DNA from: Macrostomum lignano
Taxonomy: Eukaryota
DNA length: 64,000 bases
Direction of reading: 5' to 3'
Assembly: GCA_002269645.1 (NCBI GenBank)
Contig: NIVC01002395.1
Span: 1-64,000 of the forward strand
Each line of letters begins with the position of its first letter. Position 1 is the stretch's first letter. The notes beneath the pieces were generated by a model. The model saw nothing but the letters and a program-made list of their open reading frames with translations. It was not told the origin of the DNA and made no database searches. Both the position numbers and the translations under genes were made by a program. This document shows positions 36,106-49,598 of this stretch, piece after piece.

Positions 36106-39100
36106 ATGGACAATTTCACTGTATCGAACGGTCATTTTCAACGGCAGGAAGGCGTTGCTCCGTTGTCGACGTCAACAGCTTCCATAGCAACGGTTGCTGG
36201 GGGCTACGATTCGCGCGACATCTCGTCAGACGATGCGACATGGATATTGACGTCAACATTTATTATATTCACCATGCAGTCCGGTGCGTCTGGGGTGAAA
36301 GTCAGTTGAAGCGTAGATGTAATTTGGGCAATAGTGGAAAATTTCTTAGTACATTTTCTTGAAACCTAAAGACTCAACAATCTAACTGACCTAGATAAAG
36401 GCGGGTCGTAATCCAGTGTTCTGGCGCGGCGCTCTAATGTGCCAGCTAGCGGCCCAGGCTCGATTCCAAGTGCTGTCACATTGATTTTTGGGGCTAAATT
36501 CGAATCTCTGCTTGGGCCGCCCCCCCCAGGCACAGGGAAGTGTACATGCCTAACCATAAATAAAGTTAGGGCCGCTGTACACTCCTGTGTGAGTGTGTGC
36601 CTGTGCGTATGACTGCGTATGCGTATTCGCGCGCTTGTGTGCCTGCTCAGGGGAGTCTGCGGAATGGGCAGTGATGCCTCTCGCCGGTTGTGTGACAATG
36701 TCGCACACAGCCCCCCTGCCTCCAATTGAAAAGAAACTGGGATACAACCAAAGTTATCAATTGATATTAAAGCTTTCTGTAAGGTTTTATCAATGTAAAT
36801 TCTTAGAATATAGAATGGTTCGCTGAAACAGTGCCGATAAAGTAAATTTAAGTGCATGTGGCTCGTACTACTGTATAACATATATGTACACAAGGGCGCA
36901 TGGGCGCCATGGCACCAGAAGCGTTAGCAACAGTTCTCACTTTGCTTTGGAAGGGGCATGGGCACTCCTTGCCCTCTACGAACCAGATATGTTATGTACT
37001 CGTATAATAACAATTGATTACTGGGCAAGATGTTCAACCGACATCCTATTGCGATTGTTGCATCTGAAGGCTGCATACGGCTGGTCAGTCCAAGGACTGT
37101 GGGGTCGCCACACACACCCTCAATTACCCTAGCCAATGCTGGCACCCATTTTACAGCTGGGTGAACTGAAGCAATGCAGAGTTAAGCATATCTTACTCAA
37201 GGACACAAATTGTTCCGAGTTGGTCGAGAATCGAACCCCCGACAACCCCAATTATGTCCTATGCATGTTGCGTATATGCGCTTCAAGGTCATTCTCCCCC
37301 CCCCTCACTCCGATCGTCTCCGCAGGCTTCGGTCTGCTCGAGTCCGGCTGTGTAAACCCTCGCAACGAGGTGAACATCATGGTGAAAAACGTTGTCGACG
37401 TTGTATTCGGCGGCGTCACCTACTGGATGTTCGGCTACGCGCTGTCGTTCGGCGAGGATCCCGGCAACAACTGGTTCTTCGGCTGGGGCGAGTTCTTCGT
37501 TGACGCCAGCGTCGAATCAATGGGACAGAAGTTCACGACGTTCATCTTCCAGATGAGCTTTGCCACTACAGCCACTACGATTGTGTCCGGCGCGATGGCC
37601 GAGCGGACCAAGCTTACTTCGTACATAGTGTTCTCTCTGTTCAATACCATCATCTACTGCATCCCGGCGCACTGGGTCTGGGGCAGGAAGGTGCGTCTAA
37701 CACTATTAGTTGTAGTAGTATTAGTGTAGTAGCATCTCACCTAATAGTAGCAATAATAGTAGTATAACAATACATGTAATTAGTTATACTGACTTCCTAA
37801 TTACTCCAATCCGAACAGGGGTTCCTATACGAGATGGGCGTCATTGACATCGCTGGCGTGGGTCCGGTTCACTTGCTGGGCGGCGTCACTGGCCTGATTG
37901 CCACGGTGCTGCTGCGGCCTCGGATCGGCCGATTTGAAGAGGGGAAACCGCCGCCACCCATGGGCTGCCCGACTAACGTTATGCTGGGCATGTTTATGTT
38001 ATGGTGAGCAGTGTATGGGGTAGGGTAGCGGGGTGAGGTGGGTGTATGGGAGTTAGGGGGCAGGCGAGCAGAGTGAGGTGGGTGTGTGGAGTTTGGGGAC
38101 AGGCGAGCGGAGTGAGGTGGGTGTGTGGAGTTTGGGGACAGGCGAGCGGAGTGAGGTGGGTGTGTGGAGTTTGGGGACAGGCGAGCGGAGTGAGGTGGGT
38201 GTGTGTGGATTTGGGGGGCAGGCGAGCGGAGTGAGGTGGGTGTGGATTTGGGGGCAGGCGAGCGCGGACTGAGGTGGGTGTCTGGAGTTGGGCCAGAGGA
38301 ACTGAATGTCGTGAGGATGGCAAGATGATATAACAAGCAAATAATCTTTAAACTAGAAAATTCGAACCATAACAAACAGGTGGGGCTGGCTGGGCTTCAA
38401 CTGCGGCAGCACCTTCGGCATCCGTGGCGGCAAGTGGAAGCTGGCGGCCCGCTCAGCCGTGGCCACTATCCTGTCGTCTATGGGCGGGGGCCTGACCAGC
38501 CTGACTCTCACGTGAGCTGGGGAATTAAAGCCGTATTTTTTAGACAGTCTCATCTATCCATAACACATATTCGAACTTTTCGAATATTCAACTTTCAGTT
38601 TTATTATTTGCAACAAGAAGTTCGACATCGGTGATATTGTGAATGGCGTACTTGGCGCCCTGGAGGCTGTGACAGGTTTGGTTGTTGAAAACTAACGTTA
38701 ATGAATTTTTCTGTTAGTGCATAATAAATCAAAAGTCATACATGTAATAATAAATCATGACGCAGGCATGTGCGCCCTGGCCCACCCCTGGGAGGCCATG
38801 GTGATCGGCATGATTGCTGGCATAATGACCACCTTCACAACCCGCCTGGTTGAACGGCTCCGAATTGACGACCCGGTGGGAGTTGTGCCCGTGCACCTGG
38901 TCTGCGGCCTCTGGGGCCTTCTGGCTCCGGCCTTCTTTGTGGAAAATGTGCGTGCGAAATTGATTCAGCTTTGTTTAATCGTTTTTGTGGCTTTTGCGAT
39001 GCAAAAAGAATGTAAATTCTTGTTGCTTTGCGGCTGGGATTCATAACTAAGGTAAATTATTTTCAGTTGCTATGCAACTGGGTCCGTAACTAAGGTAAAC

Positions 39101-40991
39101 TATTTTCAGTTGCTATGCAACAGGGTCCGTAACTAAGGTAAACTATTTTCAGTTTCTATGCAACTGGGATCCGTAACTAAGGTAAACTATTTTCAGTTGC
39201 TATGCAACAGGGATCCGTAACTAAGGTAAACTATCCAGTTGCTATGCAACTGGGTCTATAACTAAGATAAAATATCCAGTTGCTATGCAACAGGGTCTAT
39301 AACTAAGATAAACTATCCAGTTGCTATGCAACAGGGTCTGTAACTAAGATAAACTATTCAGTTGCTATGCAACAGGGTCCGTAGCTAAGGTAAACTATTT
39401 TCAGTTGCTATGCAACAGGGTCTGTAACTAAGATAAACTATTCAGTTGCTATGCAACAGGGTCCGTAGCTAAGGTAAACTATTTTCAGTTGCTATGCAAC
39501 ATGGATCTGTAACCGAGGTAAACTATTTTCAGTTGCTATGCAACAGGGATCCGTAACTAAGGTAAACTATCCAGTTGCTATGCAACAGGGTCTGTAACTA
39601 AGATAAACTATCCAGTTGCTATGCAACAGGGTCTGTAACTAAGATAAACTATTCAGTTGCTATGCAACAGGGTCCGTAGCTAAGGTAAACTATTTTCAGT
39701 TGCTATGCAACAGGGTCTGTAACTAAGATAAAATATTCAGTTGTTATGCAACAGGGTCCGTCGCTAAGGTAAACTATTTTCAGTTGCTATGCAACAGGGA
39801 TCTGTAACCAAGGTAAACAGTTTTAGCTGCTCTCTCTCTTTAGCTCTGGTAAAGGTCATACCTATGCAAATAAAATCTCGCACCGGATGACCCCGCCCGA
39901 CAGGACATCCTGGAACAGATCACCCGAGGCCGGGCCGGAATGTTCCGCGGCGGCGGCTTCTACCTGCTGGGCGTGCAGCTCCTGGCCGCTCTGTGCATTG
40001 TGACCTGGTCTGTGCTCGTCTCACTGGCTCAGCTGCTGGTGAGTGCGGTTTAGAAAAAGGCGCGTATACTACTTTAAGTAGGAAAATGAATCAGTACTGG
40101 CTTGTTATTATTGTGGAAAAATGAAGGTTTCTGACGTTACTTAAGGAGAATAGCGGTCCTTGGACAGCAAAGGAATAGAATAGCGGTCCTTGGGCTACAC
40201 AAGAATCAGGAATAGAATAGCGGTCCTTGGGCTACACAAGAATCAGGAATAGAATAGCGGTCCTTGGGCTACACAAGAATCAGGAATAGAATAGCGGTCC
40301 TTGGGCTACACAAGAATCAGGAATAGAATAGCGGTCCTTGGGCTACACAAGAATCAGGAATAGAATAGCCGTCAAAATGACGAAAAGTAGCCGGGTGATC
40401 GCAGGTAAATCACTTTAAAAGTACATCGCGCTCCTCATCCAGGCGATCCACAAGCTGATGGGCCTTCGAGTCACCGCCGAAGAGGAGCTCCTTGGCGCCG
40501 ACTACTGCGAGCACAACATCCGGCCGGTCAGCGAGATCCTTGTCCGCGAGCCCGTCCAGGACGACATGAACGACGACGAACGCGACGATGCCAGAGGCAA
40601 GTCGACGTCGTCGTCTCCGCCGATGCCGCGGCCGCCGCCACCCCCTCCGAGGTCCAGCGGAGGCGTCCTCGGCGTCGTCAGCAGCGAGCTGAGCGTCACC
40701 CAACGGCCATCGACGCATCACGCCATCGGCAACCACGCCGTGACGATCGGCGACGCGACCGTCGACGGCGAGGCGTCCGCGTCGAATTTCCGACGACGAC
40801 GCCGAGACGAGCTTGGCGCCGGCGAACGGAGGGACAGAGTGCTGGGCCGGCTGCAGCTGCTGGCGGAGGCTGGGCGGATGATGGGTAACGGCCTGCGCCC
40901 GCCGGGACTCGTGCCGCCACCGCAGCCTCCGATGCTGCATCAGCACCCGCAGCATCCTGCAACTTGCTGCAACTGCGACAACTTCGTCTAG
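36106..40991 (+). CDS. Amt: Ammonium transporter (Amt3-type), copy 1, chimeric C-terminus; exons 36106-36283, 37326-37690, 37819-38003, 38380-38511, 38599-38675, 38766-38947, 39904-40038, 40443-40991
   Basis: DATWILTSTFIIFTMQSGFGLLESG; FQMSFATTATTIVSGAMAER; AHWVW; DIAGVGPVH; WWGWLGFNCGS; IDDPVGVVPVH (twin His); LRVTAEEELLGAD..EH; all GT-AG. Confidence 0.95.
36400..36745 (+). mobile_element. tRNA-derived SINE in Amt intron 1; also ~45008-45352 and ~54080-54424
   Basis: Head GGCGGGTCGTAATCCAGTGTT (A-box-like)..GGCTCGATTCC (B-box-like), followed by a body with a TG-rich tract; not a foldable intact tRNA. 3' end approximate. Confidence 0.6.
37020..37245 (-). mobile_element. CORE-SINE-like element (reverse orientation) in Amt intron 1; also ~45627-45852 and ~54699-54923
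   Basis: CCCATTTTACAG.TG.G..AACTGAAGCA..CAGAGTTAAG...CTTACTCAAGGACACA..GAATCGAACCC resembles the reverse-strand MIR/CORE consensus plus B box. Confidence 0.65.
38040..38285. repeat. 39-bp G-rich repeat in Amt intron 3; also ~46647-46892 and ~55718-55963
   Basis: GGGACAGGCGAGCGGAGTGAGGTGGGTGTGTGGAGTTTG, 4-5 copies. Confidence 0.9.
39045..39815. repeat. ~41-43-bp minisatellite (TAACTAAGGTAAACTATTTTCAGTTGCTATGCAACAGGGTCCG) in Amt intron 6; also ~47652-48422 and ~56723-57493
   Basis: Direct. Confidence 0.95.
40170..40370. repeat. 37-bp repeat x5 (AGGAATAGAATAGCGGTCCTTGGGCTACACAAGAATC) in Amt intron 7; also ~48777-48977 and ~57848-58048
   Basis: Direct. Confidence 0.95.
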
Positions 40992-43900
40992 CAGTTCAGC
41001 TGCACTCGATGACACAGATTCAGTCAAGGGCCACCCATTTGCCAGGTTGGTGTGCAAAGCTTTGGATCTGCGTATATCATGCGATATGTTTGCAAACACA
41101 TTCATTTTGTTTAAGTCTGGAGTTGCGCTCTCGAGACACGTTGATTTGATCTAGAGACATTTCTAATAGTTTTTAGCTGGTAGATCTTTAGGCATCTATC
41201 ACCAGATTAATCTCTTATATTGGATCTATAGACACTATTTTCATCAGATAGATTAGAGATCTGTAGACACTCATAGTTACATCTGTCAGATCTATAGACA
41301 CCCATAGTTACATCTGTCAGATCTATAGACACCCATAGTTACATCTGTCAGATCTATAGACACCCATAGTTACATCTGTCAGATCTATAGACACCCATAG
41401 TTGCGTCTATTAGATCTGTAGACAGTCATAGTTACATCTGTCAGATCTATAGACACCCATAGTTACATCTGTCAGATCTATAGACACCCATAGTTACATC
41501 TGTCAGATCTATAGACACCCATAGTTACATCTGTCAGATCTATAGACACCCATAGTTACATCTGTCAGATCTATAGACACCCATAGTTGCGTCTATTAGA
41601 TCTGTAGACAGTCATAGTTACATCTGTCAGATCTATAGACACCCATAGTTACATCTGTCAGATCTATAGACACCCATAGTTACATCTGTCAGATCTATAG
41701 ACACCCATAGTTACATCTGTCAGATCTATAGACACCCATAGTTACATCTGTCAGATCTATAGACACCCATAGTTACATCTGTCAGATCTATAGACACCCA
41801 TAGTTGCGTCTATTAGATCTGTAGACAGTCATAGTTACATCTGTCAGATCTATAGACACCCATAGTTACATCTGTCAGATCTATAGACACCCATAGTTAC
41901 ATCTGTCAGATCTATAGACACCCATAGTTACATCTGTCAGATCTATAGACACCCATAGTTACATCTGTCAGATCTATAGACACCCATAGTTGCGTCTATT
42001 AGATCTGTAGACAGTCATAGTTACATCTGTCAGATCTATAGACACCCATAGTTACATCTGTCAGATCTATAGACACCCATAGTTACATCTGTCAGATCTA
42101 TAGACACCCATAGTTACATCTGTCAGATCTATAGACACCCATAGTTACATCTGTCAGATCTATAGACACCCATAGTTGCGTCTATTAGATCTGTAGACAG
42201 TCATAGTTACATCTGTCAGATCTATAGACACCCATAGTTACATCTGTCAGATCTATAGACACCCATAGTTACATCTGTCAGATCTATAGACACCCATAGT
42301 TACATCTGTCAGATCTATAGACACCCATAGTTACATCTGTCAGATCTATAGACACCCATAGTTACATCTGTCAGATCTATAGACACCCATAGTTACATCT
42401 GTCAGATCTATAGACACCCATAGTTGCGTCTATTAGATCTGTAGACAGTCATAGTTACATCTGTCAGATCTATAGACACCCATAGTTACATCTGTCAGAT
42501 CTATAGACACCCATAGTTACATCTGTCAGATCTATAGACACCCATAGTTACATCTGTCAGATCTATAGACACCCATAGTTACATCTGTCAGATCTATAGA
42601 CACCCATAGTTACATCTGTCAGATCTATAGACACCCATAGTTACATCTGTCAGATCTATAGACACCCATAGTTACATCTGTCAGATCTATAGACACCCAT
42701 AGTTGCGTCTATTAGATCTGTAGACAGTCATAGTTACATCTGTCAGATCTATAGACACCCATAGTTACGTCTGTCAGATCTACAGACACCCATAGTTACA
42801 TCTGTCAGATCTATAGACACCCATAGTTGCGTCTATTAGATCTATAGACACCCATAGCTGCATCTATCAGATCTATAGACACCCATAGTCACATCTGTCA
42901 GATCTATAGACACACATAGCTGCATCTATCAGATCTATAGACAGACATCTCAACCCACCTACCCAGGTACAACTCTCTCAACCAGCTCACCTGTATTCTG
43001 TGCGGCTGCCCAGTGAAGTCCAGCTTACTCTGGCGCGCCCATCTGGCCTCGCGCGGTCACCGGGCCAACGCGGAGGCGCTGCGGTCCCGCGGCGGCGACC
43101 GAGCCGTGGAGATCCTGTCCGGTGCCGGGCTGAAGCGCCGGCTGCAGGAGACGTCTGAGAAGCAGCAGAAGAAGCAGCCGTCGTCTGCTCTGGGCCTGGC
43201 CTACTCCGACGACGAAGAAGAAGCTGAGGACCCCGCGCCCAGCAAGAAATCTCAGCAACTGCATCAGAAACAATCGTCTGCTTCTTCTAGCCTGCTTAAT
43301 AGGCAGCCTCAGCAGCAGAAGAAGCAACAGCAACAACAGCAGCAGCAATTGCCCGAAGGCTTTTTCGACGATCCGGTAGCCGACGCGCGAGCCCGGAACG
43401 TGCCCTACAAAGACCGGATGGAGGAGGAGCTCGAGCTGTTCGCTAAGGAGATGCGCGACGCCCAGGTTGAATCGGACAAAATTGCCGAGCAGGCTGAAGA
43501 GGAAGCCGACAATGTGCGGTACCTGGAAGAGATTATCACGCAGGAGTGAGTGTCTTGGGGAATGTGTATTTTAATGATTGTTATGTTTAAATTGTGGATT
43601 CTGGGATCAGAATTATGTCAAATTCAGGGATCAGGAATATCCTCATCGTTCACGGATCAGGAATCCCCTTTAATCAGAGATGAGAAAAATCCCCATAATT
43701 CAGGAATCAGAATTATCCCTATTATTCATGGATCAGAAAAATCCTATTATTCAGGGATCAGAAAAATCCCCACTATTCAGAGTTCAGAAAAATCCCCATT
43801 ATTCAGGAATCAGAATTATCCATTATTCAGGGATCAGAAAAATCCCCACTATTCAGAGTTCAGAAAAATCCCCATTATTCAGGGATCAGAAATATCCTCA

Positions 43901-44232
43901 TTATTCAGGGATCAGAAATATCCTCATTATTCAGGGATCAGAAAAATCCCCGCTATTCAAAGTTTTCACTTATCCCCATTTTTCAAAGTTATCTATCTTA
44001 AATTATCCCACATGCATCGCACTCCCAACTTATTCATCCCCACCCCAGGGAGACCTGGCATCGACTTAACGAACTTGAACTGTTGAAGGAGGCGGCGACC
44101 ATCAAGCAGGAGGCAAAATCGGCGATGAAGCTGGAACCGGCAGCTGGCGACGGCTCGCCAACTGATGAAGCCGACATTGATGAGGCAGAGCTTGAGCTCG
44201 GATTGGACTGTTGGCGGAAAAAGAAATTATAA
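40965..44232 (+). pseudogene. ZNF830: 5'-truncated ZNF830, copy 2 (lacks promoter and first ~39 codons)
   Basis: Begins at the duplication junction in mid exon 1; exons 2-3 read identical to copy 1. Confidence 0.85.
41256..42945. repeat. 31-bp minisatellite, copy 2 (20 units fewer than copy 1)
   Basis: Offset drops from 9229 to 8609 = 620 = 20x31. Confidence 0.97.
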
Positions 44233-44713
44233 CTGGAACTATTGTAAGACTACTTATAGTAACGATCGTGCATATTAATTTTACTTTCTATTCAATAGCA
44301 AGCGCGTCAAGGCAGGATCACGTGACTTAGTTTTTTATCAATGTGCAGTGTAGAACAGATGTACATTTGCCAGCTGATTGGACAGTTAAATAAACCCTAA
44401 ATAAAATTTATTTTTTAAATAATAAACTGTAAATAATTGGTCCGTTTGAATGTTAATAAAACAACCTATTAATTACTACGAATTTTTCCTTAAGTCGTTT
44501 TTTCACGATTATATGTTCTTGGTATTGGATACTTTGGGGAGATGATCTAATGGGATGGCGCATGACTGCTTTGGAGCATGGGAAGCAATTAATTCCACGG
44601 GGGAATTTGATGCACCGCGTAGGGCGATGGTGAGGCGGCGGAGATGGCTCTGCTGTCCAACGAATGGATAAAAGCTTGGGCTTTATGACTGCGTTGAGAC
44701 CGATGAGACTGCC

Positions 44714-47700
44714 ATGGACAATTTCACTGTATCGAACGGTCATTTTCAACGGCAGGAAGGCGTTGCTCCGTTGTCGACGTCAACAGCTTCCATAGCAACG
44801 GTTGCTGGGGGCTACGATTCGCGCGACATCTCGTCAGACGATGCGACATGGATATTGACGTCAACATTTATTATATTCACCATGCAGTCCGGTGCGTCTG
44901 GGGTGAAAGTCAGTTGAAGCGTAGATGTAATTTGGGCAATAGTGGAAAATTTCTTAGTACATTTTCTTGAAACCTAAAGACTCAACAATCTAACTGACCT
45001 AGATAAAGGCGGGTCGTAATCCAGTGTTCTGGCGCGGCGCTCTAATGTGCCAGCTAGCGGCCCAGGCTCGATTCCAAGTGCTGTCACATTGATTTTTGGG
45101 GCTAAATTCGAATCTCTGCTTGGGCCGCCCCCCCAGGCACAGGGAAGTGTACATGCCTAACCATAAATAAAGTTAGGGCCGCTGTACACTCCTGTGTGAG
45201 TGTGTGCCTGTGCGTATGACTGCGTATGCGTATTCGCGCGCTTGTGTGCCTGCTCAGGGGAGTCTGCGGAATGGGCAGTGATGCCTCTCGCCGGTTGTGT
45301 GACAATGTCGCACACAGCCCCCCTGCCTCCAATTGAAAAGAAACTGGGATACAACCAAAGTTATCAATTGATATTAAAGCTTTCTGTAAGGTTTTATCAA
45401 TGTAAATTCTTAGAATATAGAATGGTTCGCTGAAACAGTGCCGATAAAGTAAATTTAAGTGCATGTGGCTCGTACTACTGTATAACATATATGTACACAA
45501 GGGCGCATGGGCGCCATGGCACCAGAAGCGTTAGCAACAGTTCTCACTTTGCTTTGGAAGGGGCATGGGCACTCCTTGCCCTCTACGAACCAGATATGTT
45601 ATGTACTCGTATAATAACAATTGATTACTGGGCAAGATGTTCAACCGACATCCTATTGCGATTGTTGCATCTGAAGGCTGCATACGGCTGGTCAGTCCAA
45701 GGACTGTGGGGTCGCCACACACACCCTCAATTACCCTAGCCAATGCTGGCACCCATTTTACAGCTGGGTGAACTGAAGCAATGCAGAGTTAAGCATATCT
45801 TACTCAAGGACACAAATTGTTCCGAGTTGGTCGAGAATCGAACCCCCGACAACCCCAATTATGTCCTATGCATGTTGCGTATATGCGCTTCAAGGTCATT
45901 CTCCCCCCCCCTCACTCCGATCGTCTCCGCAGGCTTCGGTCTGCTCGAGTCCGGCTGTGTAAACCCTCGCAACGAGGTGAACATCATGGTGAAAAACGTT
46001 GTCGACGTTGTATTCGGCGGCGTCACCTACTGGATGTTCGGCTACGCGCTGTCGTTCGGCGAGGATCCCGGCAACAACTGGTTCTTCGGCTGGGGCGAGT
46101 TCTTCGTTGACGCCAGCGTCGAATCAATGGGACAGAAGTTCACGACGTTCATCTTCCAGATGAGCTTTGCCACTACAGCCACTACGATTGTGTCCGGCGC
46201 GATGGCCGAGCGGACCAAGCTTACTTCGTACATAGTGTTCTCTCTGTTCAATACCATCATCTACTGCATCCCGGCGCACTGGGTCTGGGGCAGGAAGGTG
46301 CGTCTAACACTATTAGTTGTAGTAGTATTAGTGTAGTAGCATCTCACCTAATAGTAGCAATAATAGTAGTATAACAATACATGTAATTAGTTATACTGAC
46401 TTCCTAATTACTCCAATCCGAACAGGGGTTCCTATACGAGATGGGCGTCATTGACATCGCTGGCGTGGGTCCGGTTCACTTGCTGGGCGGCGTCACTGGC
46501 CTGATTGCCACGGTGCTGCTGCGGCCTCGGATCGGCCGATTTGAAGAGGGGAAACCGCCGCCACCCATGGGCTGCCCGACTAACGTTATGCTGGGCATGT
46601 TTATGTTATGGTGAGCAGTGTATGGGGTAGGGTAGCGGGGTGAGGTGGGTGTATGGGAGTTAGGGGGCAGGCGAGCAGAGTGAGGTGGGTGTGTGGAGTT
46701 TGGGGACAGGCGAGCGGAGTGAGGTGGGTGTGTGGAGTTTGGGGACAGGCGAGCGGAGTGAGGTGGGTGTGTGGAGTTTGGGGACAGGCGAGCGGAGTGA
46801 GGTGGGTGTGTGTGGATTTGGGGGGCAGGCGAGCGGAGTGAGGTGGGTGTGGATTTGGGGGCAGGCGAGCGCGGACTGAGGTGGGTGTCTGGAGTTGGGC
46901 CAGAGGAACTGAATGTCGTGAGGATGGCAAGATGATATAACAAGCAAATAATCTTTAAACTAGAAAATTCGAACCATAACAAACAGGTGGGGCTGGCTGG
47001 GCTTCAACTGCGGCAGCACCTTCGGCATCCGTGGCGGCAAGTGGAAGCTGGCGGCCCGCTCAGCCGTGGCCACTATCCTGTCGTCTATGGGCGGGGGCCT
47101 GACCAGCCTGACTCTCACGTGAGCTGGGGAATTAAAGCCGTATTTTTTAGACAGTCTCATCTATCCATAACACATATTCGAACTTTTCGAATATTCAACT
47201 TTCAGTTTTATTATTTGCAACAAGAAGTTCGACATCGGTGATATTGTGAATGGCGTACTTGGCGCCCTGGTGGCTGTGACAGGTTTGGTTGTTGAAAACT
47301 AACGTTAATGAATTTTTCTGTTAGTGCATAATAAATCAAAAGTCATACATGTAATAATAAATCATGACGCAGGCATGTGCGCCCTGGCCCACCCCTGGGA
47401 GGCCATGGTGATCGGCATGATTGCTGGCATAATGACCACCTTCACAACCCGCCTGGTTGAACGGCTCCGAATTGACGACCCGGTGGGAGTTGTGCCCGTG
47501 CACCTGGTCTGCGGCCTCTGGGGCCTTCTGGCTCCGGCCTTCTTTGTGGAAAATGTGCGTGCGAAATTGATTCAGCTTTGTTTAATCGTTTTTGTGGCTT
47601 TTGCGATGCAAAAAGAATGTAAATTCTTGTTGCTTTGCGGCTGGGATTCATAACTAAGGTAAATTATTTTCAGTTGCTATGCAACTGGGTCCGTAACTAA

Positions 47701-49598
47701 GGTAAACTATTTTCAGTTGCTATGCAACAGGGTCCGTAACTAAGGTAAACTATTTTCAGTTTCTATGCAACTGGGATCCGTAACTAAGGTAAACTATTTT
47801 CAGTTGCTATGCAACAGGGATCCGTAACTAAGGTAAACTATCCAGTTGCTATGCAACTGGGTCTATAACTAAGATAAAATATCCAGTTGCTATGCAACAG
47901 GGTCTATAACTAAGATAAACTATCCAGTTGCTATGCAACAGGGTCTGTAACTAAGATAAACTATTCAGTTGCTATGCAACAGGGTCCGTAGCTAAGGTAA
48001 ACTATTTTCAGTTGCTATGCAACAGGGTCTGTAACTAAGATAAACTATTCAGTTGCTATGCAACAGGGTCCGTAGCTAAGGTAAACTATTTTCAGTTGCT
48101 ATGCAACATGGATCTGTAACCGAGGTAAACTATTTTCAGTTGCTATGCAACAGGGATCCGTAACTAAGGTAAACTATCCAGTTGCTATGCAACAGGGTCT
48201 GTAACTAAGATAAACTATCCAGTTGCTATGCAACAGGGTCTGTAACTAAGATAAACTATTCAGTTGCTATGCAACAGGGTCCGTAGCTAAGGTAAACTAT
48301 TTTCAGTTGCTATGCAACAGGGTCTGTAACTAAGATAAAATATTCAGTTGTTATGCAACAGGGTCCGTCGCTAAGGTAAACTATTTTCAGTTGCTATGCA
48401 ACAGGGATCTGTAACCAAGGTAAACAGTTTTAGCTGCTCTCTCTCTTTAGCTCTGGTAAAGGTCATACCTATGCAAATAAAATCTCGCACCGGATGACCC
48501 CGCCCGACAGGACATCCTGGAACAGATCACCCGAGGCCGGGCCGGAATGTTCCGCGGCGGCGGCTTCTACCTGCTGGGCGTGCAGCTCCTGGCCGCTCTG
48601 TGCATTGTGACCTGGTCTGTGCTCGTCTCACTGGCTCAGCTGCTGGTGAGTGCGGTTTAGAAAAAGGCGCGTATACTACTTTAAGTAGGAAAATGAATCA
48701 GTACTGGCTTGTTATTATTGTGGAAAAATGAAGGTTTCTGACGTTACTTAAGGAGAATAGCGGTCCTTGGACAGCAAAGGAATAGAATAGCGGTCCTTGG
48801 GCTACACAAGAATCAGGAATAGAATAGCGGTCCTTGGGCTACACAAGAATCAGGAATAGAATAGCGGTCCTTGGGCTACACAAGAATCAGGAATAGAATA
48901 GCGGTCCTTGGGCTACACAAGAATCAGGAATAGAATAGCGGTCCTTGGGCTACACAAGAATCAGGAATAGAATAGCCGTCAAAATGACGAAAAGTAGCCG
49001 GGTGATCGCAGGTAAATCACTTTAAAAGTACATCGCGCTCCTCATCCAGGCGATCCACAAGCTGATGGGCCTTCGAGTCACCGCCGAAGAGGAGCTCCTT
49101 GGCGCCGACTACTGCGAGCACAACATCCGGCCGGTCAGCGAGATCCTTGTCCGCGAGCCCGTCCAGGACGACATGAACGACGACGAACGCGACGATGCCA
49201 GAGGCAAGTCGACGTCGTCGTCTCCGCCGATGCCGCGGCCGCCGCCACCCCCTCCGAGGTCCAGCGGAGGCGTCCTCGGCGTCGTCAGCAGCGAGCTGAG
49301 CGTCACCCAACGGCCATCGACGCATCACGCCATCGGCAACCACGCCGTGACGATCGGCGACGCGACCGTCGACGGCGAGGCGTCCGCGTCGAATTTCCGA
49401 CGACGACGCCGAGACGAGCTTGGCGCCGGCGAACGGAGGGACAGAGTGCTGGGCCGGCTGCAGCTGCTGGCGGAGGCTGGGCGGATGATGGGTAACGGCC
49501 TGCGCCCGCCGGGACTCGTGCCGCCACCGCAGCCTCCGATGCTGCATCAGCACCCGCAGCATCCTGCAACTTGCTGCAACTGCGACAACTTCGTCTAG
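44714..49598 (+). CDS. Amt: Ammonium transporter copy 2, chimeric C-terminus, carries GTG (Val) at 47270-47272
   Basis: Same exon structure at offset +8607/8608. Confidence 0.93.

Noticed and set aside
36400-36478. Functional tRNA gene
   Set aside because: The A/B boxes are degenerate, no convincing cloverleaf forms, and it continues into a SINE-like body.
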